From NCBI RefSeq assembly GCF_009914755.1, contig NC_060929.1: DNA of 64,000 nt; one strand, written 5' to 3'. The stretch is from the human T2T-CHM13v2.0 reference genome, Homo sapiens. Shown here piece after piece: positions 46,320 to 64,000 of this stretch; position 1 is the stretch's first letter; each line of letters begins with the position of its first letter. The translations under genes and the position numbers were made by a program. Under the pieces are notes generated by a model, which saw only the letters and a program-made list of their open reading frames with translations, was not told where the DNA came from and made no database searches.

Positions 46320-47640
46320 TCTTAGGTGTCTTATTTTCAATGTAATGGCAAATGGTCTAGTGTTTCAACTTAATTTTCTAATTGTTTGTGGTATGAGAAC
46401 TCTAAATAACATGTTTATATTGACCTGATATTTAGCAAATTTGTTAATGTCATTCAAAAATTCTACCTGCGTATAGCAGCATTGTCACGGTTGTTGCTAT
46501 TATTAATGGGTGTTGAATTTTCACAAATGCTTTGGATTCTCCTGATTAGGTAGGTTTTTATTTTTCATCGTCTCTTTTTAAAATACTATCCTTTTTTGCT
46601 TTATATGGTTTACAAATATTTTAATTATGACATTTATTATATCTATGATCGTGCAGAGAATAGCTATAATTCCACTTATACCTTTTGATGTTAAAGTTAT
46701 GCTGGCATCATAAAATGTGTACAAAAATGATCCTGCCACCCTTTTTCTGAACTCTTGAATACCTTTTACAATTACTGTCATGATTTTTCTTAAATTTTTA
46801 GTAGAATTCACCATTAAAGCCATGAGAAGAGAATTTATTTGTGGAAAGGTTTTTATTTATATATTTAATGAATTTAATAAATACAACTTTAATCAGTCCT
46901 TATTTATTTATTTATATTTATTTATTTTCTGAGACAAGGTCTCACTTTGTTACCCAGGCTGGAGTGCAGTGGCAGGATCACAGCTCACTACAGACTTGAC
47001 CTCCAGGGCTCAAGGGATCCTCCCACTTAAGACTCCCAAGTAGCTGGGATTATAGGCATGAGCCACCAAGCCCAGCTAAATCTATTCTTGTGTCAGCTTT
47101 GACAAACTTTACTTTTCTAAAAATATATGCATTATGTCTAAACTTTCAAATTTTAGTAAAAGACGACATTGTAATATACAATTGGCTTCTGATATCTGTA
47201 AAGTCTATAGTTACAAGAGGCGGTAAGCCTCTTGATTTTTTCCTAATATTCTTCATTTGTTCTATTTCTCTCTTTTGTTTTTAACAATTTACCAGGGACT
47301 TATCTGTCTTTTCAAATAACTAAGCTGTGAACTCTTCAATGTTTTCTTTTGGTTCATTTCCATGTCATTAAATTCATCTCATAAATTGTTATTCTATTTT
47401 ATTTGGATTAAATTGATTTATTTTTCTAACTTCTTAAGAATAATGCTTAGGCTTTTAATTTGCATTATTTTATCTTCTTTATTATATGCATTTAAAATTA
47501 TAAATTTCCTGTTAGTTATGGCTGAACTGTTTCCTAGAAATTTTTATATGGACTTATTTACATTATCATTTCATGGAACTTGTTTTTTCATTTAAGTTTG
47601 TTCTTCTTCATGGAATATTAAGTTACTTAGAAGTGCATTC
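46320..47640 (-). mobile_element. Highly diverged L1M fragments, containing an Alu monomer at about 46900-47078
   Basis: Degenerate antisense ORF2 words (ttatgctggcatcataaaatg, gtagaattcaccattaaagccat); FRAM-like gagacaaggtctcactttgttacccagg. Confidence 0.6.
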
Positions 47641-47657
47641 CTTTATTTGCAATATGA

Positions 47658-50651
<2,994 letters not shown>

Positions 50652-50659
50652 ATGAATTC

Positions 50660-51350
50660 ACCACAATTTGCTTAACCATTCACCTATTGAAGGATGTCTT
50701 TGTTGGTTCCAGTCTGGGTTTTTTATAAATAAAACTGCTATAAATAATTGTGCACATTTTGTTGTATAAACATAAAATTTCATATCTCTGTGGGAAATGC
50801 CCAAAAATGCAGTTCTGAATTTTATGGTAGCTGCATATTTAATTTTTTATGAAACTGTCAAAATATGTTTCCCAGTAGCAGTACCATTTTACACTTTCAC
50901 CAATGATGTAGAAATGACCTAATTTCTCCACAATTTACCAAAAAGTTTAGCTCTTATGCTAGGCCTGTAGCGATATCACATTGTAGTTTTAATTTCTATT
51001 TACCTAATGTGAATAGAAATAATTTTTAAAAAATATGTGGAATATCTTTTTATATGCTGGTTGGCTCTTTCTATGTCCTTGTCAGTAAATGTCTGCTCTT
51101 GTATTTTGCCCATTTTCAAATTGGATTTTATCTTCTGTTTTTATTGTTGAGTTTTGAAACTATAGTACTATAAGTAGAAAGTCTGTAGTTTGTCTTTTTT
51201 TTATCATCTTAACAGACTTTTTCAAAGAGCATCTTTTTCAAAGAGCAAAACTGTTAAAGTTTGATGAAATTCAATTTATCACTGTTTCCTTTTATGGATC
51301 ATGCTTTTTGGGGTCAAGTCAAAGAATGCTTTGCTTTATCTTAGGTCCTG
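50660..51350 (-). mobile_element. Old L1M (L1MB/MC-like) fragment
   Basis: ccattcacctattgaagga...gctataaata...gtaccattttacac...aattcaatttatc. Confidence 0.6.
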
Positions 51351-52080
51351 TGATTTTGATTGTGGTATCACCTATCTTTTTTCTCTTGCTGCTTTTACTT
51401 TTGCTAATATTTTACTTTAGTGCACTGAGGCAAATTTACCTTTGTAGGCAGTATGCTTGGTGGTTTTGTTTCTCTTGTTTCTTGAGTGTTTGGCTTGATA
51501 TTTCCATCAATTTGGAATAACTTTCAGCTATAATCATCTTAAATATTATTTCAGTCCCATTCTCTCTCATATGCCTCTCAGAATTGAAAAACTTTTATAT
51601 TACACTTGCATGTCCCATATGTCTCTCATACTCTTATTTATATTTTCTTTTTCTTTCCATGCTTCAACATGGATTTTTTTATTCTGACTTACTTTCCAGT
51701 TCCCTTATTTTTCTTGCACTATGTCTAAGCTGCTGTTATTACCAGTAATTGAGATACTGTATTTTCTTAAATTTAAATTTTCCATTAGAATGTTTAATAT
51801 TTTTTCATCAACTGTGCTTTTATAATGTATTTCAAGAACATTATGTTAGGATGTATGCATCCATTTTTAATAGAATTGAAATAAAATTTGCTGAATATTT
51901 AATAATATATTTATACTATAAAAGTATTTACTGGTTTTGAAATCAGTGCATAGAAAAATATTTAAGCATATAAAATAATAATCTTAATATTTTAAGTGAA
52001 TAAATTATATAAACTGCACAATGCTTTCAAGTATAACTTTACTGTGTCCTCATTCATATTTCTAATTTTCTCATGGGAAA

Positions 52081-53016
52081 TGTTAAATTAATTAAGTAGG
52101 AGGCCATATCAGCCTGAGGCTATCATTGCATTTTTAGTTTCTGTGTAACAAAATGCTACCTAAATATGTTTGATGGTTAATATTGAGTGTCAACTTGATT
52201 GGACTGAAGGATGCAAAGCATTGTTCCTGGTGTGTCTGTGAGGGTGTTACCAAAGGAGATTAACATTTGAGTCAGTGGACTAGGAGAGGCAGACCCACCC
52301 TCAATCTGGGTGGGCACCATCTAATCAGCTGCCAGACAGGCTAGAATAAAACAGGCAGAAGATGGAAGAGCAGACTTGCTGAGTCTTCCGGCCCTCGTCT
52401 TTTTCCTGTGCTGGATCCTTCCTGACCTTGAACATCAGACTCCATGCTCTTCAGATTTGGATTCTTGGACTTACACCAGTGGTTTACCAGGGGATCTCAG
52501 TCCTTTGGCCACAGGCTGAAAGCTGCACTGTTGGCTTCCCTAATATTGAGGTTTAGGGACTCAGACTGGCTTCCTTGCTCCTCAGCTTGCACAGGGCCTA
52601 CTGTGGGACTTCACCTTGTGATGGTGTGTGAGTCAATACTCCTTAATAAACTCCCTTTCATATATACTTCTATCCTATTAGTTCTGTCTCTCTAGAGAAC
52701 TCTGACTAATACATTATGCCAACTAAAAGAAACCTAATTTAGGAATATAATTTTAGTAACAAATAGCTGGGTTTCAGGCAATTACAAGACAGCCAACTGG
52801 TCACTAATGCCCAAATAAAGCAAACGCCTAGCTGTACCCGGTCAGGTAATTTCTCTACTTGGCTTCTGTGTTCAGCCTTTGAAAGCCTGTTGCTCACACT
52901 GCTGGATGGAGCTCTTTAAACTTCTTCTGATTGTGAGTGTAGCCCAATTTGTTACTCATTTTTTGCTTAAATAAGCCCTTTTAAATGTATTATGTCTAGA
53001 GTTTTTTATTTTAACA
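52081..53016 (+). mobile_element. ERV1 LTR (MER57/MER93-like) split by MLT2A
   Basis: tgttaaatttaattaagtaggaggcc... and ...gcccaaataaagcaaacgcctagctgta...ttttaaca (TG...CA ends). Confidence 0.6.
52167..52713 (+). mobile_element. MLT2A (HERV-L) solo LTR
   Basis: tgatggttaatattgagtgtcaacttgattgg...cagacccaccctcaatctgggtgggcacc...aataaa...ctagagaactctgactaataca. Confidence 0.88.
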
Positions 53017-53319
53017 ACAGTGAACATGAAAAAAGCTTTATGTTACAAAGCCAGACATTGAGATAGACATATATTTTTCCCTGACGGGACTAAAAACAAA
53101 TAGGTAATGATTACTTTAGCAAGCCTCACAATTGTCCCTCATACATAAACACAAAAAAGGATGCTTCTCAGGAGTATAATTTCAGCACAAGTTTCAAAAT
53201 GACTTGGCATGATTTGGGAAGGTATACTCATTTGGGTTCACTAAAGACAATAATAGAGTACTTTTGACTCAGAAAGGGCATATTTTGACCTATACCCTTT
53301 CCACTTCTGGATTCATCCA

Positions 53320-53862
53320 CAGCAGATAGATTTTAAGGTGCTGCTCCTGGAATGCACGCCTTCCTGTAATCCCTCTGCCTTCAGTGTGGGTATGACCTGT
53401 GTCTTGGTTCTGAAAACAGAATATGGCAAATGTGTTGATGCATGACTCACTTGATTACATTACATTATATGAGGCTGTTTTGCCTGCAGGCTTGCTCCTC
53501 TTATTTGCTTGATGAAATAACTGGACATATTGGGGAGGTCCAAATGGCAAGCAACTGCTTGTGGTATCTCAGAGATATGGGCAGCCTTGAGGAGTAAAGG
53601 AAAGTCTTGACTTTCTCGGGTCTGTATCAGAAAGAAACTGAATGTTCCCAACAGCCCTATGAACTTGGAAGAGATCCCTGAGCCTCGGGCGAGAAAACAG
53701 CCCTAGCAGACACCTTGATTATAGTCTTGCGAGACTCTTGCAAAGACCCAGCTAAGCCATGCACAAATTTCTGACCTATAGAAACTGTGAGATAATAAAT
53801 ACATGTTGTTTTAAGTTGCGGATTTTGTATAATTTCTTATACAGCAGAAAAACAAATGCACA
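53320..53862 (+). mobile_element. MLT1 (MLT1F-like) MaLR LTR
   Basis: acagaatatggcaaa...cccagctaagccatgc...agaaactgtgagataataaat...tgttttaag. Confidence 0.7.
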
Positions 53863-54461
53863 ACCCCTTTCAGTCTCCTACTTGCTCTATTTGCTATAGG
53901 CAACCAGCCTTCCAAATTGCCATGCTTCTTTGACTAGATGCACATGACATCCAGCCTCTTGCCCCATGATCCAGATCCATCTTCACTCTCACCACCCTAT
54001 TAATACATATATACTCTTCATGTTTCTAAAATTGAATCATCGTTTAGCATCAGCATCACTCAATCATCATTCCTGTGTCACTCCTGCAGATCCTCCAAAA
54101 TAGAGCTAGTCCCTCTGACACAATCAAGTCCATCAACCTCATTAAGAGAGAAACGTTTGCTATTTCCTCCTCACTTAAAGTAGGGTTGGACATAAAGCAT
54201 TCAATATCATTTTATTGGTATAATTTGTGCAGCATTCATGAATGAATTCATTTTTCTGAGTTACATTTCGGATCCAAAGAAAATTCAATTGCTTTGATTC
54301 TCCAAAAATTATTTGGTACTTAAAATAAAGCTTTATGAAATTATTTCCACTGAGTACAAAATTACACTGTGGGCTTTGGGGGATTATACCTAAGAATAAT
54401 AAAAATAAAGGCGCTTGCATTTATTCCATTCAAATGAGGAGGAAGGAAACAATTAACTTAC

Positions 54462-54583
54462 CTGGCCAGGCTTAGAATTTTCACATACAATAATATCATA
54501 TTCCCTGGCAAGTTCGGGTGGATTGTCATTGACATCCAGAACTCTAATACCCACTGTGACATGGCTCAGCAAATCAGGATTAT
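54462..54583 (-). CDS. CDH18: Cadherin-18 internal coding exon, 122 nt (EC4/EC5 boundary): (D)NPDLLSHVTVGIRVLDVNDNPPELAREYDIIVCENSKPGQ
   Basis: Minus strand reads tttgcag|ATAATCCT...GGCCAG|gtaagt. Contains the cadherin Ca2+-linker motif DVNDNPP. Starts in phase 1 and ends in phase 0, matching the next exon. Not in the ORF track; read manually. Confidence 0.95.
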
Positions 54584-55929
54584 CTGCAAAATACACAGGA
54601 ATGTATTTAGTATTTCCATGCACACTTTAGAGGCTCGGTTTAAAACAAATCTCTTTAATACTGTAGCTTGTCACTGGTTCCATATGCCATAGCTGGACTT
54701 TTGGCAAACGACAACTTTATGAAGGCGCTCTTTGCTAGAACTCATTAACTTACAGGAAAATGAAAAATGAACACCATGGCATGACATGAATGCCAAAATG
54801 ATATTTTGTCATATCAAGGAAATTACATGTTATCAGGAACTTGAGTGGGAGAAAGTTGTCAGAATTCATTGTATGCTGTCAGAGTCTACAGGATGAACAA
54901 TTGGTTTCATCATTAATCTAAGAAAAACACAGCAGTTGGTAAAAAATAATTACCTAATCTTTAAAAAAGTTTAATGTTCAAATCTAACTAAACTCAAAGA
55001 AAACAAAAAATAAATTTCTTTACACAAAGAATCATTTTCTTATGGCAGAATATATGCAGAGTGTGATGTTAAGTCACGCTCGGGGAAAAATAAATAATAA
55101 TTGAAATCAAAATTTAGCATGAGATTCATACATGCAATTTACATGTAACTCTCGTAGATATCAAAATATATTCAATAGTTTCAAAAACATCTTAAACTAA
55201 GACTTTTTATCTTTTCAGTGGGTTTATTAATTCTGAGATGTAACAAAAACATAAATGTCTGGTATATTTTACAAGTCCAAGCTAGAGATTCAGAATACAT
55301 AATGAACAAATTAAATCTCTCTGTCTGGCTTTCTCTTTGCTAATGTATCTGTCATTCTCTGAAGCAATTCAAATTTAAATTGTAACAACATACAATACAT
55401 TAATAATAAGACTAGTAAAAAAGATACAACAATATTGGGAAAAAGGGAATAAATACTTATAGAGAAGTTATTCATGATAGTAAGAAAATAGATGGGTTAA
55501 AAAGTGTCAAGTAGCTCTAAAATAAATAGAAAATCTAAGTAGTGCTGTATTAAAGTAACTAGAGAAAATAAATTTTTCAGTAAAAAGTTAATTTTTGCAA
55601 AGAGAGAAAAAAATTTGTCCCAGATTTTTTACTTAAAGTAACAGGTAATTACAGTCTACACATTTTTTCCCTAGAAAATATAAGAAAGAGGAAATATTTC
55701 AAAATTTTTATTTATTTATTTATTTATTTTGCTTGTGAAACTTTGGAACCAATACTAGACACTACCACTCACGACACATATTAAGTGTCAACTGCCTAAA
55801 CAAAATAATAGTAAACACACTCCACTGAGTTGTTCTTGATAATTCTTGATCAGTTTTGTCCCAGGAATGTTTGTTTAGCTCAACAAAAAAAGACGGAAGA
55901 GGTACAGAAAAGAAGTAAATTTTCATAAA

Positions 55930-57800
<1,871 letters not shown>

Positions 57801-58544
57801 TATTGTAAAATTTTGTAAAAATAGAAAACAACACGTAAAAGTAAATATTATACTGTAAAACTAATAAGATAATGTTTAGGATAATGCTTTTGTAACTCTA
57901 ATTCTTAAGTACAGAGATGTGTTAAAATCTGTTTATTATTGTATTTTGCAACATCTTTGTAGATATCAAGAATTACATTATATATATGTTAAAAAGTTAT
58001 GACATCTTGAAAGTAATATATTAATACCTTCATATATAATTTATATTGGCATAGTTAATAACTGATTATCTACTTATAGTAAAAGATAATATGATGCTTG
58101 TATATTATTATATTAATTATATATTATATTGATAAATGAATATATACATTAAATTAAATTACTTGCTTTAAATATATGTTTACTTATCATGAAAATGCTA
58201 AAACTTCTTTTAGAAACTAACATTAAATATCACTTTATTTTGTTATTACATTATTTCAAAACTAACATAATAATTAGTCAAAATGCTTATTTTATAAATT
58301 ATAAAAAATTGAAATTGACACAGTTTAAATGATTTATCTCAGCAAAGGGTTATATTCTACTTCTTTTGACTATTACCACTACATACATATATATTTTCTA
58401 TTCTACATATCATAAAAGATTTTATGTATTCCTGTATCTCCCAATTTTAAGCAGACAAAAGCAATCTCTTTTAAAAATCTGGGGTAAGAATAATTTTGTA
58501 AGCTCTAGTCATAGGTATCAGCAACCTTACTTGTTCCTGAGTAA

Positions 58545-58849
<305 letters not shown>

Positions 58850-61800
58850 AAATCTCTGCTCTTTTTCTGAAAAGGCAGGGTTAAAAGCAACTCCAGTGAA
58901 GTAAGAAACTGTGTTTTCTATGAAAGGATTCTGGAAAAACCATATCTTGAGGAGGAATTTGAATAAAAGAACAAGCAAGCAGTTGACTGCTATCAGCTGT
59001 CACCTCTCACTGTCCTACCTCTGCCTTGTTGCAGCTTTCCCCTGGGACTGGAATGTCTTTTCATGCATTCCACACTTGGGCACAGGAAGCTAAATCCTTC
59101 TGCTTCAACATAGACTCTGTCCATTATGACCCAATATTACTTTACATCCCTAATGTACAATCACTATTCTGTAACAATGATTAAAAGCATAGCATTTGGG
59201 ATCAGGGTAATATCAGTTTCGTCTATATACCTACTATCATTCAGTGTCCTGTAGGAAACAGAATTTAATCTTACCTTATTGAGCATGTGACTCATGATAC
59301 TGCCTGCCCTGTCAGGGGCAACCACAGGAATTACGAAAAACAAAATGTTAGAGTAAATTTAAAGTAATTTCTGGTGCAAATTCAATAACTGCTGTCTGTT
59401 ACTAAAAGTAGGATGATGTATAAAAATGTGGCTGTGATTTCAGACAATTACGAGTGAAAACTCACTGTCACTTTATAGCCACTCACAGCCTTCTTGCAGC
59501 ATTCTGGTATTTTATGATATGAGATATTTCTGTAGTTGTGAACTGAAAACTACCCATGGGTCTCTATATATTATTTCTTGTGTCCTTGGGTCAGTATTTT
59601 ACCCTTTAAATGTCAATCACTCTACCTATAAAATGTAAACCTATTCATGGGATTTACAAGCATTTTGCTAAGGCTAAAATTGGATAATTCCTTAAGACCT
59701 TAAAGCACTATTTCTATTATTGTTATTATAATTTTTATATTTATGCTTCATTTCTAGAAAACAATTTTCATATTCTTTTGACAGCAGAGTAAATAAAATA
59801 TATTGAAATCATGCAAACATAAATATAAATCATATTCTCAGCACTCTTCAGGAGCAGAACTTCAATAAATTATTTGCAATTTATTGATGTGCATTAATTA
59901 TTTAATTTGTAAGCCTATAATAAGAGTTATTTAACTTGCCAAGTTGTGTTTTTGAGAAACAATTAACGGTAACTATGTCAACTTTATAATACTGAGCCTG
60001 GGAAAAAGCAGAATGTACATCTTAATAATTTCTGAATATTAAAATAGAAACAAAGCCAAAATATATGCATGTATTTTCCAGCACCAACTATGCTATATAA
60101 AAATCATCTGTGCTTTATGCAACATTAATACAATAGGGACTCATGTCATCAGAGTGCCCCCTCTAGAGATAGTGATACAGAGAAAGTGCTATTGCAGTGC
60201 AAGTGGAAGCTGTATGCTACAATATGTAGAAGATCTTTTATAACTTGAGAAACAATACATTTTATCCAGTGATTACTTTTGGAAAGACTGATATGTGCGT
60301 AACACTATGATGGGCTCTGGAGAACACAGAACAACAAAATATGCCATTCTTCCAGATTTCCCACTTATGGACATTGAATGGAAAAAATAAATACTAATTT
60401 TTTCTTAAATATCATGACTTAAATCTTTAATTTACTTTTAGCCCAAAGCCATTATTATTTAAATATGTGCCACCCAAACAATCTAAATCATGTCTATGAG
60501 TGTATGCCTTCTAGGGAATTTGGTAGATTTCTAATCTGATTATTCATATTCGAAAATTAGTATTAAAAATATTTGTCAAATATATAAATAGGTTAATATA
60601 ATATTGCAGATTATTTTCCTAAAATGTGCTTTTATTGCTTTCATTATGAAAATTCACTCAAAATGAAAAGACTTATCTACTACTATAATAAAAATTTACA
60701 GGGAATATGAACTTAAATAATCACATTTATAGCTGTCTAAGTTTCATAAATGCCCATGAGAATAAAGATGGTTTATAAATTGTATTTTTGGTCTGTCTGA
60801 TTTAGATTTCTATGAAAAGATTTCCTTATAGGAAAATTTAGAACTAAAATTACTCTCATTCTTTTGAATACTTACTGTGGGCTGATGCTGGGACATTTTA
60901 ACGTGCTTGGTTAATGCTTTGTTTGTTAACAAATATGTTTCCATTATTTTCTTTAATAAACATGTAACAATAAGTTTTGCAAACAGGTGCTCAAATGAAA
61001 ACAAACTATCCACTTAAGTGTATTTGTTTGATTTGAAATGAGAGTAGTTTTTCCATTGTAAAATCTTGTATATGAAAGTCATATTAAGTTTTAGTTAAAA
61101 AAAAGTGAGCTAAATCAATTAATACATATTATAAACTACTTTATAATACTATTAAATCTACTTAAACAATAATTTATATGTAAAACTCTCACAATGTCTG
61201 GTACATGCTGGTGCCACTAATATGCTTCTTTTTCTCTTTTTTAAATATATTATTTAAATATCAGTAAAAAAAATCAAATATTGTATTCAAAATAATTTGC
61301 TATAATTTATATGAAAGGTGTATATCATATATAATAAATTACTCCTCAAATATCCCTTTACTGTATCCATATAAAAAGTTTTAAAATAAAGCATTCTGTG
61401 AATTTTATGCAACAGAATATTAAACCAACTCTGTGTTTAAGGTCTGTTATTTCATAGGAAGGAGCATAACACGTGTAGAAATATTTCAAAAATTACAAAG
61501 CATTTAGAAACACATCACATAAAACTTATCCCATATATTTATTCAACTTTTGTCAGTTTACAGTAAGTGCTCTCATTTATTACATAGTTATCATACAAAT
61601 TCTAGATTGAAGTGAATTATTTAAAATGAATCTTGACTCTTTTCAGTACATTATTTTGTTCCAGTTGCCTATAAATCCTCCAATAATTCCTTATATATAT
61701 CATTAATATTATTACCTGAGAGTAACAGGAGTTAGAAGCTTTAAAATTAAAGCTGTGCCTTTGCTGTTAGGAATGAACACTTTGTTCCGTTAACCAGAAC

Positions 61801-62999
61801 TACAAAGTCAAAGTAATTTACCTCTAGTTGAAAGTAATTACATTGAGAGAATGTAAGAAATTGTATTGATTATAAAGTAAACGAAAAATATGTATTCTAT
61901 TCTTGTGAAAATGTCACAATTGGCCCACTCAATTATATAAGAAAATCTACCAAATATAACATTTATTTTCTACTTTTTGTAATAATTCAGTTTTAACATG
62001 TTTTTTCTATCTTGGCCTATTTGTGTATAACGCCTGTGAACTTTTCTATCTTTTATCTTTATAGAGTATATAGGATTTACCTTGTGATGAACTTTTATGC
62101 TGTCTTTTGCATTTATAATTACAATCATATTTTTAATGCTGCTTAGAACTTTACTAACAAAATGGATTATAAGTTTATTCTTTCTTTTTCTGGGTGTGCA
62201 ATCTAATTATAATAAAAATTTCCTTATCAGATAGAATCAACATCAAAAATAATAATGTTAATTAAAGCAAAACAGCTACTATGTAAAATAATTAATAAAA
62301 ATAATGATATATATATTTTAAATGTTTGTATAAATATATTGAAATGCATAATTATTCATCAAACTGCAATCTCTCAATGTAGGAGTATGGACCTAACTCT
62401 GAGAACAGATTTGTTGCTGTTCGGGGTTAACACCACCATTCTTGTAAAGATAACACACTGAGTTATTTATGAAGCTATTTATGAAGCCCAAAATTGATTG
62501 ATTCTAAGTGAGGGAAGAACTTGAAGATTCTTTCAAAACACTAAGCGTGGCAACACTTCTAATTCTATAAAATTACCTGAGATTTTATAATTGCCTAACT
62601 GTTCTCCTTAATTGGAACATAATTTTAGCAAATCTCTTTTACGAAGTCTTGGGAAACTTTCAACTTAAAGTACGTTACACAAATTCTGAATCCATTCTGT
62701 GCGTATATCCCATTATTTTGTTTAATATTTAAATAAACTACATAATTACAATAAGAAGTTTGACTGGTTTGGAAATAGAACTTAAAAAAAAAATCCACCT
62801 TAGTCAGGAAAGAGCAACTGATTAAAACTGGCCTGCCATCACAAAGGATCGTAAAATGGAATAAAATATATAAAAAAGAAAATAGATAATGCTAAGAATG
62901 CTCTCTGGGAGAAGAGACTTACATAATCTGAGCCCCAGGACTATCTCAGGCTTTGATAATACATTCATTATGACCAAGTGAGGGATATCCTAGGAAAAG

Positions 63000-64000
63000 A
63001 AGACTGGTTGTTTAACATTTAAAAATCAGTGAATATAATTCACTGCACACATTCAATACACACATAATAAAAGTTAACAAATATGACATTTTTAACAAGA
63101 AATAAAGAACACTTAGCAAGTTACAAATAGAAGGAACTTTCTCAACCTGAACAAAACTGTAACTATGATCACCCTTATCAGTGAATACTGAATGCTTTAT
63201 CCCAAGGATCAGAAATAAACAGAAATGTAAGGATATATGCTCTCAGAACTTCTCCTGAACACTATCTTTAGGGTTATAGTTAGAGTAAATAGTAAAAGAA
63301 ATAAAAGTGATGTAAATTGCAAAATAAACAAATTTATTATCTATGAAGATTTATTATCTATGAAGATTTATTATGATTATGAAGAAAATACCATATAATA
63401 TACAAAAAAATAGAATTATTAAAACAGTCTAGCAGTATCACAGGATACAAGTTCGGTATTTACATATATTTCTATCAGAATGAAAGTAAAGGAAGATTTT
63501 AACATCTAACTTATATAACATGAATAAACATGAAAACAAATACGTGAAATGTTTGTATGCTGAATTCTACATATGTTGCTTTGAGAAATGTTTAAAAGAC
63601 CTAGATAACTGAAAACATACTGTGTTTACTCATGGATAAAATGCTCAATGTTGTTCATTGAGGTGTCCATGCTCCCAAATTGAAACTTAGATTCAGTGTA
63701 ATACCAACCAAAAATCCGATATTGTTGAATAATTTGATAAGCTGATTCTAAAAGTTATATGCAACAAAAACTGTTCTAAAATAACCCAAACAATTTCAAA
63801 AAGGAGGAAGAAAAATGTAGGAGAACTCACACTATCTGATTTTGTGTCATTATAAAACTATAGCAATCATAGCACCGTAGTATTAGTATATACATTGTCA
63901 GTGGTACCAATGAGAGCCCAGAAATTGATAAATACACAAATGCTCAAGGGTTTATGGACAAACTAGCCATAACAATTAATTGAGAAAATGATAGCATTAA
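63000..64000 (+). mobile_element. Diverged L1M ORF2 fragment
   Basis: atagaaggaactttctcaacctga...cacaggatacaag...tgataagctgattctaaaa...agcccagaaat. Confidence 0.65.
63332..63383. repeat. 17-bp tandem repeat (atttattatctatgaag), two perfect copies and one degenerate
   Basis: Direct reading. Confidence 0.85.

Overview
AT-rich primate genomic DNA, most likely human given the AluY and L1PA content. The only protein-coding content is the last four coding exons of a type II classical cadherin on the minus strand: 54583-54462, 36914-36797, 17368-17117 and 7542-7052. All have canonical GT-AG ends and splice in frame. I recognise the C-terminus (...[22 protein letters not shown]) as CDH18 (from memory, chr5p14). 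The 3' UTR has two AATAAA signals. The rest is intronic or downstream sequence rich in Alu, L1, LTR, MIR and DNA-transposon remnants. I found no prokaryote-like or otherwise new gene system. The most interesting observations are: (1) an internal NAGNAG acceptor in the transmembrane exon that predicts a TM-less, possibly NMD-escaping isoform; (2) a ~207-bp templated duplication inserted between 19-bp direct repeats inside a palindrome; (3) a MER85 piggyBac MITE with an intact PGBD3-binding palindrome; (4) Alu geometry around the frame-symmetric TM exon; (5) a twin-primed L1 that faces a second, antiparallel L1. Repeat subfamily names come from memory of consensus sequences and need RepeatMasker/Dfam confirmation.
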